Shown here piece by piece: positions 1 through 8,130 of a DNA stretch of 58,446 nt (position 1 is its first letter; each line of letters begins with the position of its first letter). The stretch is from IMG/VR virus record IMGVR_UViG_3300020711_000011, positions 1 to 58,446 of that record, one strand, 5' to 3'. This DNA is from a virus. Lineage: Duplodnaviria; Caudoviricetes. Position numbers and translations under genes: made by a program. The notes beneath the pieces are model-generated. The model had not been told where the DNA came from. It was given only the letters and a program-made list of their open reading frames with translations, and did not search any database.

Positions 1-12
1 TCTTCTGATATT

Positions 13-963
13 TTATAAGTCGAGGTCATTCAAAAAAGAGTCTAAATCATCAGAAGATTCTACGTTTGCTGCTGGAGCCGCTGCCTTTGTAGGTTTCGTT
101 GCAGTAGCAGTTGTAGTTGGAGTTGTATCGAAAGAGAAATCATCTGTGCTTTCAGCAACTGGTGCTGCAGTCTTTGCAGATTTTCTGCTACTTACGATTT
201 CATCCATTGCGCTTCCTGGATTTAAATACTGTCTTAAGATTGAATTAACAAAGTCTCTTGTTTCATCATCCCATGCTTTAAATTCGTATGGAGTTAATGT
301 TGGAGCTTTATCTAATTCGGCTCTGATTGCAGCCATGTTCTCTGCATTCTTTTCAGCTGGAGTACCTTTAATTAAAAGAGCACTTTTTGTTGCTGAGAAT
401 TTAGACTTATCATAATTGTTATAGTCACCTTGACGGGTGATAATCAATTCGAAGTTCTTACCTTGGAATAGGTCAAATACCTGGGTTGGTTCACCGAATG
501 CTGGTTTTAATTCTTCATCGATCTTCTCTTTGATTTTGTAACCAAATTTGAATACCTTGTAAGTACCTTCAAATTCTGGGAACTGAGGATCTTTGATGAT
601 TTTAACCAATGCATAATATTGTTCTCTTCTCTTTAATGTTTCGCTCATCTTACGATCCACTGCTGAATCAGATTTACGTAACTTGAAGAATGCATCTGCG
701 ATTGGACATTTTTCGCCAATAGAGGATGGAGAATCAACTAATTTACCTTCACCGCCGGCATCTTTAAGCCAATGCACGTACTTCTTAATTAATGAATTGC
801 GGGGGTTGGTTGGGTTTGGAACAAATCTAATAAGTGCTTTGTAAGTTCCGTCTTTGCCTTGATCGGCTGCTGGTTTGTAAAGGTCATTACCTGAACCAGA
901 TGATTGGGTTTCGTGGGTGTCAACATCATTGACCCCGAGATTGAAGATGTCAAAATCTGCCAT
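13..963 (-). CDS. T4 gp32-like single-stranded DNA-binding protein
   Basis: ALIRFVP, CPI, YYALVKIIKDP and VFKFGYKIKEKI motifs, YNNYDKSKF, and an acidic C-tail (DDLDSFLNDLDL) typical of gp32. Confidence 0.9.
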   Translation of the reverse strand: MADFDIFNLGVNDVDTHETQSSGSGNDLYKPAADQGKDGTYKALIRFVPNPTNPRNSLIKKYVHWLKDAGGEGKLVDSPSSIGEKCPIADAFFKLRKSDSAVDRKMSETLKRREQYYALVKIIKDPQFPEFEGTYKVFKFGYKIKEKIDEELKPAFGEPTQVFDLFQGKNFELIITRQGDYNNYDKSKFSATKSALLIKGTPAEKNAENMAAIRAELDKAPTLTPYEFKAWDDETRDFVNSILRQYLNPGSAMDEIVSSRKSAKTAAPVAESTDDFSFDTTPTTTATATKPTKAAAPAANVESSDDLDSFLNDLDL

Positions 964-1030
964 GTCTTTAATACTTTAATTTTCTTTAAATTGGTTAATT
1001 CGTTAAACGTTTAATCGTTGATAACTTTAA

Positions 1031-1057
1031 TTATAAGGAGAATCTTCCTATTGTTTC
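1031..1057 (-). promoter_or_regulatory. Putative middle-class promoter GAAAC-N16-TTATAA upstream of the gp32-like gene
   Basis: Same bipartite motif with 16-nt spacing recurs at 41356, 44073 and 48508. Confidence 0.6.
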
Positions 1058-1257
1058 ACATTCATAAACAATAAATCACCATCTTCGTTCTTATATTGAC
1101 CTGCCTTTATTTTAATTAGGCCAGATTTACTCAATAGATCTTCCATCTCAATAGATGTGATCTTATTAAGAGAAACCATTTTTGCTAACGCGTCGAATAG
1201 GTCAAAATGATCTGATGAGTTTAATGATGAATCTAAATCGAATACTTGATTTTCCAT
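1048..1257 (-). CDS. Hypothetical protein (likely start MENQ at 1257)
   Basis: ORF; GATATATA motif at 1264-1271 just upstream of this ATG. Confidence 0.55.
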   Translation of the reverse strand: MENQVFDLDSSLNSSDHFDLFDALAKMVSLNKITSIEMEDLLSKSGLIKIKAGQYKNEDGDLLFMNVKQ

Positions 1258-1321
1258 ACATATTATATATCTCACTCTCTTATTGTTTCCCAAAATACTT
1301 TAAAAAAACTTTAAGAATCTT

Positions 1322-1349
1322 GAAACAAAAGGGCCTACACAGAATATAA
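1322..1349 (+). promoter_or_regulatory. Orphan antisense middle-class promoter GAAAC-N17-ATATAA
   Basis: Matches the recurring motif but points into the 3' end of the resolvase gene, with no plus-strand ORF downstream. Confidence 0.45.
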
Positions 1350-1376
1350 GTTATGGTTCCATTGGTTGAAAGGGTT

Positions 1377-2042
1377 CTAGGAGGGGCTTAAAGCCAGAGA
1401 CTGGATATACAGGGACAGGAAATAGGCGTCCACCAAATCATCAAAGGGCTTCGGGACCTTAGCACCGACTTCAAGCGCTACCGCGAACTTCCAAACACCG
1501 CTTCCCGACAGAGAATCGTCTTCTAATGTATTTTGAACAAAAACATCCCAGAGCTCTCTTTTCTTTAATCTACCCCCACCAGCATGCTTCTTGATCGAAG
1601 TCGGAGCTACCGTAAGAATATTATTATCAGGATGCTGAAACCGAATTAATAAAGAATATTTAAAGATGGCTGCAGCCGCCGCTAGATCGATTAAATTATT
1701 GGTTCCTCCACCCCCACTACCATAAGAAACACCTTCGAATGCAAAGATCGTATGTGAATCAGTTGCAACTCCAGCCGAGATAATCATTTCGATCATGTCT
1801 TCAGCCATAGTAATGTACCGATTCAATTTGGTTAACTCTCTTTCGGAGAACTCTTTACTGGTTTCAAATCCGGGTTGAATCTTAAAGTCTATATCATTTT
1901 GCAGAGTTAACTCTTCCTGCATCCTAATTTCTGACTTGGTACCACCAGCTTTCATATAAGACAAGAATTTGAGCTCATTTTCATGAGTTCGAACTACGAT
2001 ACCAGGAGAGTTAAGTGAAAAGTCGATTGCGACTATGTTCAT
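1377..2042 (-). CDS. RuvC-like (RNase H fold) Holliday junction resolvase
   Basis: IVAIDFSLNSPG, FAFEGVSYG, PTSIKKHA and DDLVDAYF acidic-residue pattern; start revised to MNIVAID. Confidence 0.8.
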   Translation of the reverse strand: MNIVAIDFSLNSPGIVVRTHENELKFLSYMKAGGTKSEIRMQEELTLQNDIDFKIQPGFETSKEFSERELTKLNRYITMAEDMIEMIISAGVATDSHTIFAFEGVSYGSGGGGTNNLIDLAAAAAIFKYSLLIRFQHPDNNILTVAPTSIKKHAGGGRLKKRELWDVFVQNTLEDDSLSGSGVWKFAVALEVGAKVPKPFDDLVDAYFLSLYIQSLALSPS

Positions 2043-2043
2043 A

Positions 2044-2424
2044 TTAGATTCTATTGCCAAGAGCTGCACCGACTGCGGCACCAACTAATCTTGATGTTAA
2101 TAAATCATACAATAATCCAGATTGTACGCCTAATGCTCTAGCAACTATTTTACCAACTGTAGATCCAAGAGCAAATCCAGTTAGTCCGCCGATGATTGAA
2201 CCTAAGATACCTTCATTTGTAAGTTCTTCATTGAATCTTTCGATATCAATAACTCCATTCGCATCGGTATAGTTGCTCATAAATTCATCAATCGCAAGAT
2301 CAATTTTGCTTTCCAATTGCGGAGTTAGTTCCGAAGTCAATGACTCACGTAACATTCCCCATTCTTTATCGGTAACATTTTGCTCGTTTAGATAATCTTC
2401 GAACGTTTTAAAATCTTGTTTCAT
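2044..2424 (-). CDS. Putative internal virion protein with glycine-zipper membrane segments
   Basis: N-terminal FKTFEDYLNE motif; C-terminal GxxxG repeats (GSIIGGLTGFALG, GAAVGAALG); late promoter 2429-2436. Confidence 0.6.
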   Translation of the reverse strand: MKQDFKTFEDYLNEQNVTDKEWGMLRESLTSELTPQLESKIDLAIDEFMSNYTDANGVIDIERFNEELTNEGILGSIIGGLTGFALGSTVGKIVARALGVQSGLLYDLLTSRLVGAAVGAALGNRI

Positions 2425-2434
2425 ATTCTATATA

Positions 2435-2986
2435 TTAGTCTATTTCTAGGATAACACTGTATCTATTGTATTGGAATTGGCATGTGAACGTATTAAATTC
2501 TGCAGTATTGCTGCTCATGTTAAGATCTAGTTCTGAAATTTCTTTTAGTAGAGGTCTTTCAAAAAGAACTGAAGCCAATGCGATACCTTCAGCATCTAGC
2601 AATTGTAATTTTAAATCTTCAATGTATGGCTCATTTTCACCCTGAGAATAGTAATACAACATAGTGTCTCTCATGATCCAATAATTGATAAATCCATCAA
2701 GCAATTGCATTGTTACTGTAAATTCTCTTTGTATCAAATTTTGTATTGGTTGAGATCCTCTAAAGTATCTTATGGTACCATCAAAATTTTGTTGGGTGGT
2801 CGGCTCATACGTTAAACCTGGAAGATTAATTCCTTGCACTGCATAATTTACAAAATCTATCGGCTCCGTAATAATATTACCAGGCATCCTGTTCAAATAC
2901 TTTGAGTATTGATCAGATACTTCCTTAGGTACAAAGTTCCTTGGGAACTGGAAGTTGAATAAATTATTTCTACTATTTAATATCAT
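2435..2986 (-). CDS. Putative tail-tube-like/tail completion protein
   Basis: VQGINLPG...FTVTM...FTCQFQY pattern resembles the tube (gp19/gp3) fold; structural context. Confidence 0.45.
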   Translation of the reverse strand: MILNSRNNLFNFQFPRNFVPKEVSDQYSKYLNRMPGNIITEPIDFVNYAVQGINLPGLTYEPTTQQNFDGTIRYFRGSQPIQNLIQREFTVTMQLLDGFINYWIMRDTMLYYYSQGENEPYIEDLKLQLLDAEGIALASVLFERPLLKEISELDLNMSSNTAEFNTFTCQFQYNRYSVILEID

Positions 2987-5049
2987 TATACAATGTTGAC
3001 TATTCCGTAATATAAGGTTGAAGAACTTCCACCATTCGTTAAGTTAATGTAGAACTTATCATTTGCTGCATTCACATCAGGTTGATCGAATCTCGTTGCA
3101 ACTGATTTCGGTATTTTAAATATTACCTCTCCTTTGCTTAGATCGATATCTGGAAATGTATAGTCTGCGGCAATGCTTTGTTCTACTGAGCCACTCTTAA
3201 TTAAAAGATTCACTGAATCTGCATTCACTAATGAAACTGCAGTCATCGAATCTCCTGTTTGTTGAGCAATTATAAATTTAATAAAATTATCTGCAACTTT
3301 AGAAAGGGTCATAACACCAGATCCTTGCGGTTGATAATTTAATGGGCTTGTTGTTGTTATTGTGGTACCGTTTAAAGTAGCTTGAGAATTTCCAGCCATT
3401 ATATTTACAGTTTCAACTGCAACTGGAACGTATCTGGTTTCTCCAACAGTAGGTCTAATTGAATTGATAAAGGTTTCTATTGCTCCTGTTGCTGCAGTAG
3501 ATACGATCGTGTTATAAACCTTGTTCACTACATTATTTCCAATACCAAGTTGCAACATCTTTTTGCCATATTTCGATGGCTTATTATAGATTAAAGAAGC
3601 TTGCTTTAATATTTGAGTATTATCAGTTTCATTGTAGATTCTTAAATTCAAATTAATCATAAATGAAGCTGCAATATTTGCATTTTGAATTATTGGTCTA
3701 AAATTAATTGGAGTATCAAAGTTTTGAGTTTGAACATACGAACCTGTAAAGGTTGAAGCAAAAGCCAAACCAATTTGTTCTAAGATTTCAATATCATAAA
3801 ATACAGTGATGTCATCGCTACTAGTAGTCAATCTATTTAAAATATATTGAGAGAAGTTAGATATTGAACCATCTTTTTCTCCATATAATTGAAAGTAATC
3901 TCCATCTCCAGCTTCTGCGATTACTGCAGTAATATCTTGATATTCATCTTGCTGTGCAATAGTAACATCAGTTTCATGGCCAGTATCTGCATAATAAACA
4001 TTATTAACTTGTACTAAGCTATTAATTAATTTAAATGCAATTTCATAGTTTGCAGTTGGATTTAATGCTATCGAACTTGTAGGATCTGCTGATCCAAAGA
4101 ACGCAGTTTCAAAATCTAAATTGATCGCTGAATTAAACATATCCACCAATGATGGAACTTTAACTTCGATAAATTTAGAGAATGGAGTTCCAGCTAAAAC
4201 AAATGGTGAAGGATTCTGAACTTCATAACTTGAAAAATTCAAGTACGCTAAAGAGGTAAAGAAGTTATAGATTCCAGAGTTTCTCTTTGATTTAATTTGA
4301 AAGATAAAACCCTGTAAGCCTCTTGCTCCAAATGAGAATCCAGTTCTTAAGTGTAGTCTAACGGTATCATAATTTACTAAATTGTTAGTAATCGTTTGAT
4401 ACGTTAAATTTTGAGCAGTTGTACCAGTCCAGCTTGGATCAGAAAGATAAGTTAATGCATTGTCCAATAAGGCAAAACGGGTACCGTCAGTGTTATCAAC
4501 AATCGCATAATATCTTCCAACCTCTCCAACTCCAGTTTTAATGGTGTTTCCAGTTTCTTGTTCTGGTAAAGTATAGTAAGGATTTACTTTGTTTCTAACT
4601 TGAATGGTTCCAGCATTGTAATTTACATTTGCTGCTCCAGTATATGAATATTGATATGTTCCATTTGTATTTGGAGAATAAATCAAGTTAGTTCCTTGCA
4701 CTGTTAAACTTCCACCTCCACTTATTACAAAGTTTGATGGTGTTGGTAATGCTGAAAGGTTAAAAATATAAGTATTTCCGTTTTGTAATTGTAATTCTCT
4801 CGACGCAAAATCGTTAATAACGATGTATGCACCATTTAACGTAACTGTAAAGTTAACAACATCTCCACCCAATTCATTTATTAAATAACGGGTTTGAGTA
4901 TTGTCAGATGCTATAGTATTTAAAAATTTGACATGGCTTCCGCTATTGCCAACTGTAATTTCAGTAGCAGTAGGATTCGATTGATCGTGATAGATGAATT
5001 CTAATAAGACATCCGGATCTAACCTTAAAAATTTAGAAGATTGAGCCAT
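2986..5049 (-). CDS. Virion structural protein (hypothetical)
   Basis: 687-aa beta-rich N/T/S-rich ORF in the structural operon. Confidence 0.55.
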   Translation of the reverse strand: MAQSSKFLRLDPDVLLEFIYHDQSNPTATEITVGNSGSHVKFLNTIASDNTQTRYLINELGGDVVNFTVTLNGAYIVINDFASRELQLQNGNTYIFNLSALPTPSNFVISGGGSLTVQGTNLIYSPNTNGTYQYSYTGAANVNYNAGTIQVRNKVNPYYTLPEQETGNTIKTGVGEVGRYYAIVDNTDGTRFALLDNALTYLSDPSWTGTTAQNLTYQTITNNLVNYDTVRLHLRTGFSFGARGLQGFIFQIKSKRNSGIYNFFTSLAYLNFSSYEVQNPSPFVLAGTPFSKFIEVKVPSLVDMFNSAINLDFETAFFGSADPTSSIALNPTANYEIAFKLINSLVQVNNVYYADTGHETDVTIAQQDEYQDITAVIAEAGDGDYFQLYGEKDGSISNFSQYILNRLTTSSDDITVFYDIEILEQIGLAFASTFTGSYVQTQNFDTPINFRPIIQNANIAASFMINLNLRIYNETDNTQILKQASLIYNKPSKYGKKMLQLGIGNNVVNKVYNTIVSTAATGAIETFINSIRPTVGETRYVPVAVETVNIMAGNSQATLNGTTITTTSPLNYQPQGSGVMTLSKVADNFIKFIIAQQTGDSMTAVSLVNADSVNLLIKSGSVEQSIAADYTFPDIDLSKGEVIFKIPKSVATRFDQPDVNAANDKFYINLTNGGSSSTLYYGIVNIV

Positions 5050-5063
5050 TCTTTTTTATTATT

Positions 5064-5858
5064 TTAAAATTGTAAAAACTTAGGACTCCAGTACAATCCA
5101 ACTCCGATAGTCGGTCCGAATTGTATTATTTGTCCATTGATTAAAGATGCGCCATAGCCAACCCCAAATCCGATCGACCATCTTGCTTTCTTTTGGATTT
5201 TTTCGTTTAGTTTATTATTTATCAAGTTTATATTTTCAATAGAATCAAATTTAATTCCAGGATAAGAAGTACTCATTTTAAGAGACTTGTAACCATTATT
5301 GTCTTGTATGTCTGCATACAATTTAATATTTTCTTGAATATCAAACTCTGAATTTTGAACACTAAATTTATTTTTAATAAAAGAAAACTTCACGTTTCCA
5401 TTAAATGTTCTATTGTTTCCATTTCCATAATCTTTAAAATCATTGATCTTAAAAACATCTGTTGTATCATTAATTGTAGCGATCGATCCAGAAACTTTAA
5501 TTGTATCTTTTAAAGTCAATTGAGATTTTAAAAGTGAATTAACGTTAGACAAATTTTTGTTTAAAGATAGAGCAGTTGAATATTGATTACTTAATTTTGA
5601 ATATTGTTTTTCAAAATTTTCAGTATCAAAAGTGTAACTTCTTTTTTCAGCTACCAAATCTCCAGCAGTATTTTTATATACCTTGATGGTATCTTGTGCT
5701 GCTAATAGGTTATTATAATTGGTAGTTGCGGTTGTATTCGCGGCTACTAATTGTTGTTTCAAATTTGAATTTGAATTACACTCTCTTAGAAATAGTAGAA
5801 TAAAAAGAGCTACTACTACAAAAATAATTGTGTTTCGTGTAAGATTTAAATTTAACAT
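5064..5858 (-). CDS. Membrane-anchored coiled-coil protein, spanin-like candidate
   Basis: N-terminal TM helix, coiled coil, C-terminal amphipathic beta-hairpin ending in Phe. Confidence 0.5.
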   Translation of the reverse strand: MLNLNLTRNTIIFVVVALFILLFLRECNSNSNLKQQLVAANTTATTNYNNLLAAQDTIKVYKNTAGDLVAEKRSYTFDTENFEKQYSKLSNQYSTALSLNKNLSNVNSLLKSQLTLKDTIKVSGSIATINDTTDVFKINDFKDYGNGNNRTFNGNVKFSFIKNKFSVQNSEFDIQENIKLYADIQDNNGYKSLKMSTSYPGIKFDSIENINLINNKLNEKIQKKARWSIGFGVGYGASLINGQIIQFGPTIGVGLYWSPKFLQF

Positions 5859-5869
5859 AGATTAAAGAA

Positions 5870-8089
5870 TTAAGATATTGATGCATTATTGCCAGCAGAA
5901 CCATTATGCCCTGTTAAAATTAATGTATATGAATAAGTTCCATTTGAAGATATATCAAGGGTTTGCGTATCTGTTAAATATCCGTCTGCATATCCATTCA
6001 CCTGTCCAATTCCACTTATATTTAATTGTGAACTTGTCCAATGTCCAGAACTTGCACCACCAAACGTTTTTAATGTTATTGTTACTGGAGCATTTTGTAC
6101 ATTGATAACTCCACCGACGTTTGTATTATCTAGATCAACATATGTTGGACCTAAAATAGTATATGGAGCAGCTACAATTAATGATATTGCATTTGATTGG
6201 AAATATACTCCGTATGATGGAGGTACTGCACTATTGTCTTGCAATCTAATCAATACTCTGTATAAATAAGTTCCTACTGCTGATTCATTTGCATCATACG
6301 TTGCACCCGTTGCCCCTACAACATTACTCCATGTTGTTCCACTGTCTGCACTTCTTTCCCATTGATATGATGGACCAGCATCGTATCCTACGGGTAATAA
6401 TGTTTTAGATGCGTACATCGTAATTGTTGTGTTCGCTGAAGTCGTATATGTATGAACACCAGATCCAACGTTATCAAATTCTGCAACCGCATTTACACAT
6501 GTCATTGCATTTGTTCCCTCTAATGTACCAATTGGATTTCCAATCAATACTCCAGAAGTAACGTATCTGATATATCCATTGATTGCATAATATCCTGAAG
6601 ATACTTTATTTGTTGTACCTGTATAATAAACATATACCGTAGAACCAGTTTCAGAAAATGCAAGTGTATCATCTCTCCATGCCGTTGGGAACGTTGAATT
6701 ATTGTAAGCTTGCCATGCTGCAAATGTTGAATTCGTAGAAGGTATTACAATGTCATATCCAGCAGGTGTACCACTACAAGAATCAGTTGTATTATTAGTA
6801 TTATTTAAAAGCGTTATATTTGTGAATGTTACATTAGATCCTGATCCTCCTTGGTTTCCAGCATCTTCCCAATATAAATTATCAGCTCCTAAATAAACAA
6901 TGTACACCATTTTGTATAGGTTGTATTGCGTTCCACTTCCAGCAGTGTAGATATTATCTGTTGCGGTATTTAGCGTTGTTGTTATTGTATATGTAGGAGA
7001 AGCGTAAGCTGCAGCCATCGATGTATCTGAACCTCCTGGTATTGCAATGATGCTATTTGTTACCGATGCAGCTCCTTGACCGGATCCCGCAGGTCTATTT
7101 GTGTTATTATCAATTGTATAACTAAATGAACAAAGATCTACCGTTGAAAATGAAGTAGCACCATTCTCCCATGTTTTACCATTTGAAAGATACCATCCTG
7201 CATAGTTTCCAATACCTCTACCATACGCAACTTCTAATACATCAGAATCTGATGGTAATGTAACGCTTTGCGCAAAATTACTAGTGTTTGTAAAAACAGA
7301 TGTTAAGATTGGAATGATTGTACCAATTGGAACTGAACCTCCTAAATCTGAAACTGATTTCCAAGCTACGGTACCATTTGTATCAGTACTAGCTAGAATT
7401 TGTCCAGAAGCAGGTGATCCAACATTAACTTTTAAGTAGTTATTTATTGTTGCTCCTGCATTAAAGATTGCTGGTGTATTTGCAAGTAATTGACTTGCAT
7501 TTATGGTAACGATGTCATTGGTACCATCAGAAAAAATATATTTAGATGCATTCTTTTTAGAAAGAGTTGCTATTGTTGTATTATCAAATCCTTCTGTTTT
7601 TGTAACTACATTTCCGGAACCAAGTTCAATTCTTAAGAAGCTAGTTGCTGCGGTAACTGCATTTACGCTGTCATCAGTCATTTGTATGTTATCGATATAA
7701 ACATTAGACTTTTTATTTACCAACATCGCCGTATCAGAAATCACATCTCCATAAATAGGATCAGTTGAATCAACACCAATCATAATGGTCGGTGGATTTA
7801 TCTTTCCGCTTACCTGGATCGGTACTAAAGTATCATTGTTACTTCCAATATTTGAATTCCAATATTCTGAACCGATTGTACCTTGAGCACCTTGAGGTCC
7901 TGTTGAACCTTGAGCTCCCTGTGGACCGGTATCACCAGTCAAACCATCAAAACCCTGAGCACCTTGAGCGCCTTGGGATCCGATTGGTCCACCGCCATTC
8001 ACCAAAATTTGGTCAAAATTATAATTAATCTTGTCCAACTTTTGCTGATCAGAATCGGTATTTAATATTTCTTTAAGATTGTCAATCAT
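5870..8089 (-). CDS. Collagen-repeat tail fibre protein with collar-like domain
   Basis: KINYNF then G-X-Y repeat; VPIGTII...GWYLSNG collar-like motif; Ig-like C-terminal part. Confidence 0.75.
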   Translation of the reverse strand: MIDNLKEILNTDSDQQKLDKINYNFDQILVNGGGPIGSQGAQGAQGFDGLTGDTGPQGAQGSTGPQGAQGTIGSEYWNSNIGSNNDTLVPIQVSGKINPPTIMIGVDSTDPIYGDVISDTAMLVNKKSNVYIDNIQMTDDSVNAVTAATSFLRIELGSGNVVTKTEGFDNTTIATLSKKNASKYIFSDGTNDIVTINASQLLANTPAIFNAGATINNYLKVNVGSPASGQILASTDTNGTVAWKSVSDLGGSVPIGTIIPILTSVFTNTSNFAQSVTLPSDSDVLEVAYGRGIGNYAGWYLSNGKTWENGATSFSTVDLCSFSYTIDNNTNRPAGSGQGAASVTNSIIAIPGGSDTSMAAAYASPTYTITTTLNTATDNIYTAGSGTQYNLYKMVYIVYLGADNLYWEDAGNQGGSGSNVTFTNITLLNNTNNTTDSCSGTPAGYDIVIPSTNSTFAAWQAYNNSTFPTAWRDDTLAFSETGSTVYVYYTGTTNKVSSGYYAINGYIRYVTSGVLIGNPIGTLEGTNAMTCVNAVAEFDNVGSGVHTYTTSANTTITMYASKTLLPVGYDAGPSYQWERSADSGTTWSNVVGATGATYDANESAVGTYLYRVLIRLQDNSAVPPSYGVYFQSNAISLIVAAPYTILGPTYVDLDNTNVGGVINVQNAPVTITLKTFGGASSGHWTSSQLNISGIGQVNGYADGYLTDTQTLDISSNGTYSYTLILTGHNGSAGNNASIS

Positions 8090-8130
8090 GTTTGTATATC
8101 TTTTTCTATATAGCTATGTATCTATTTTAA

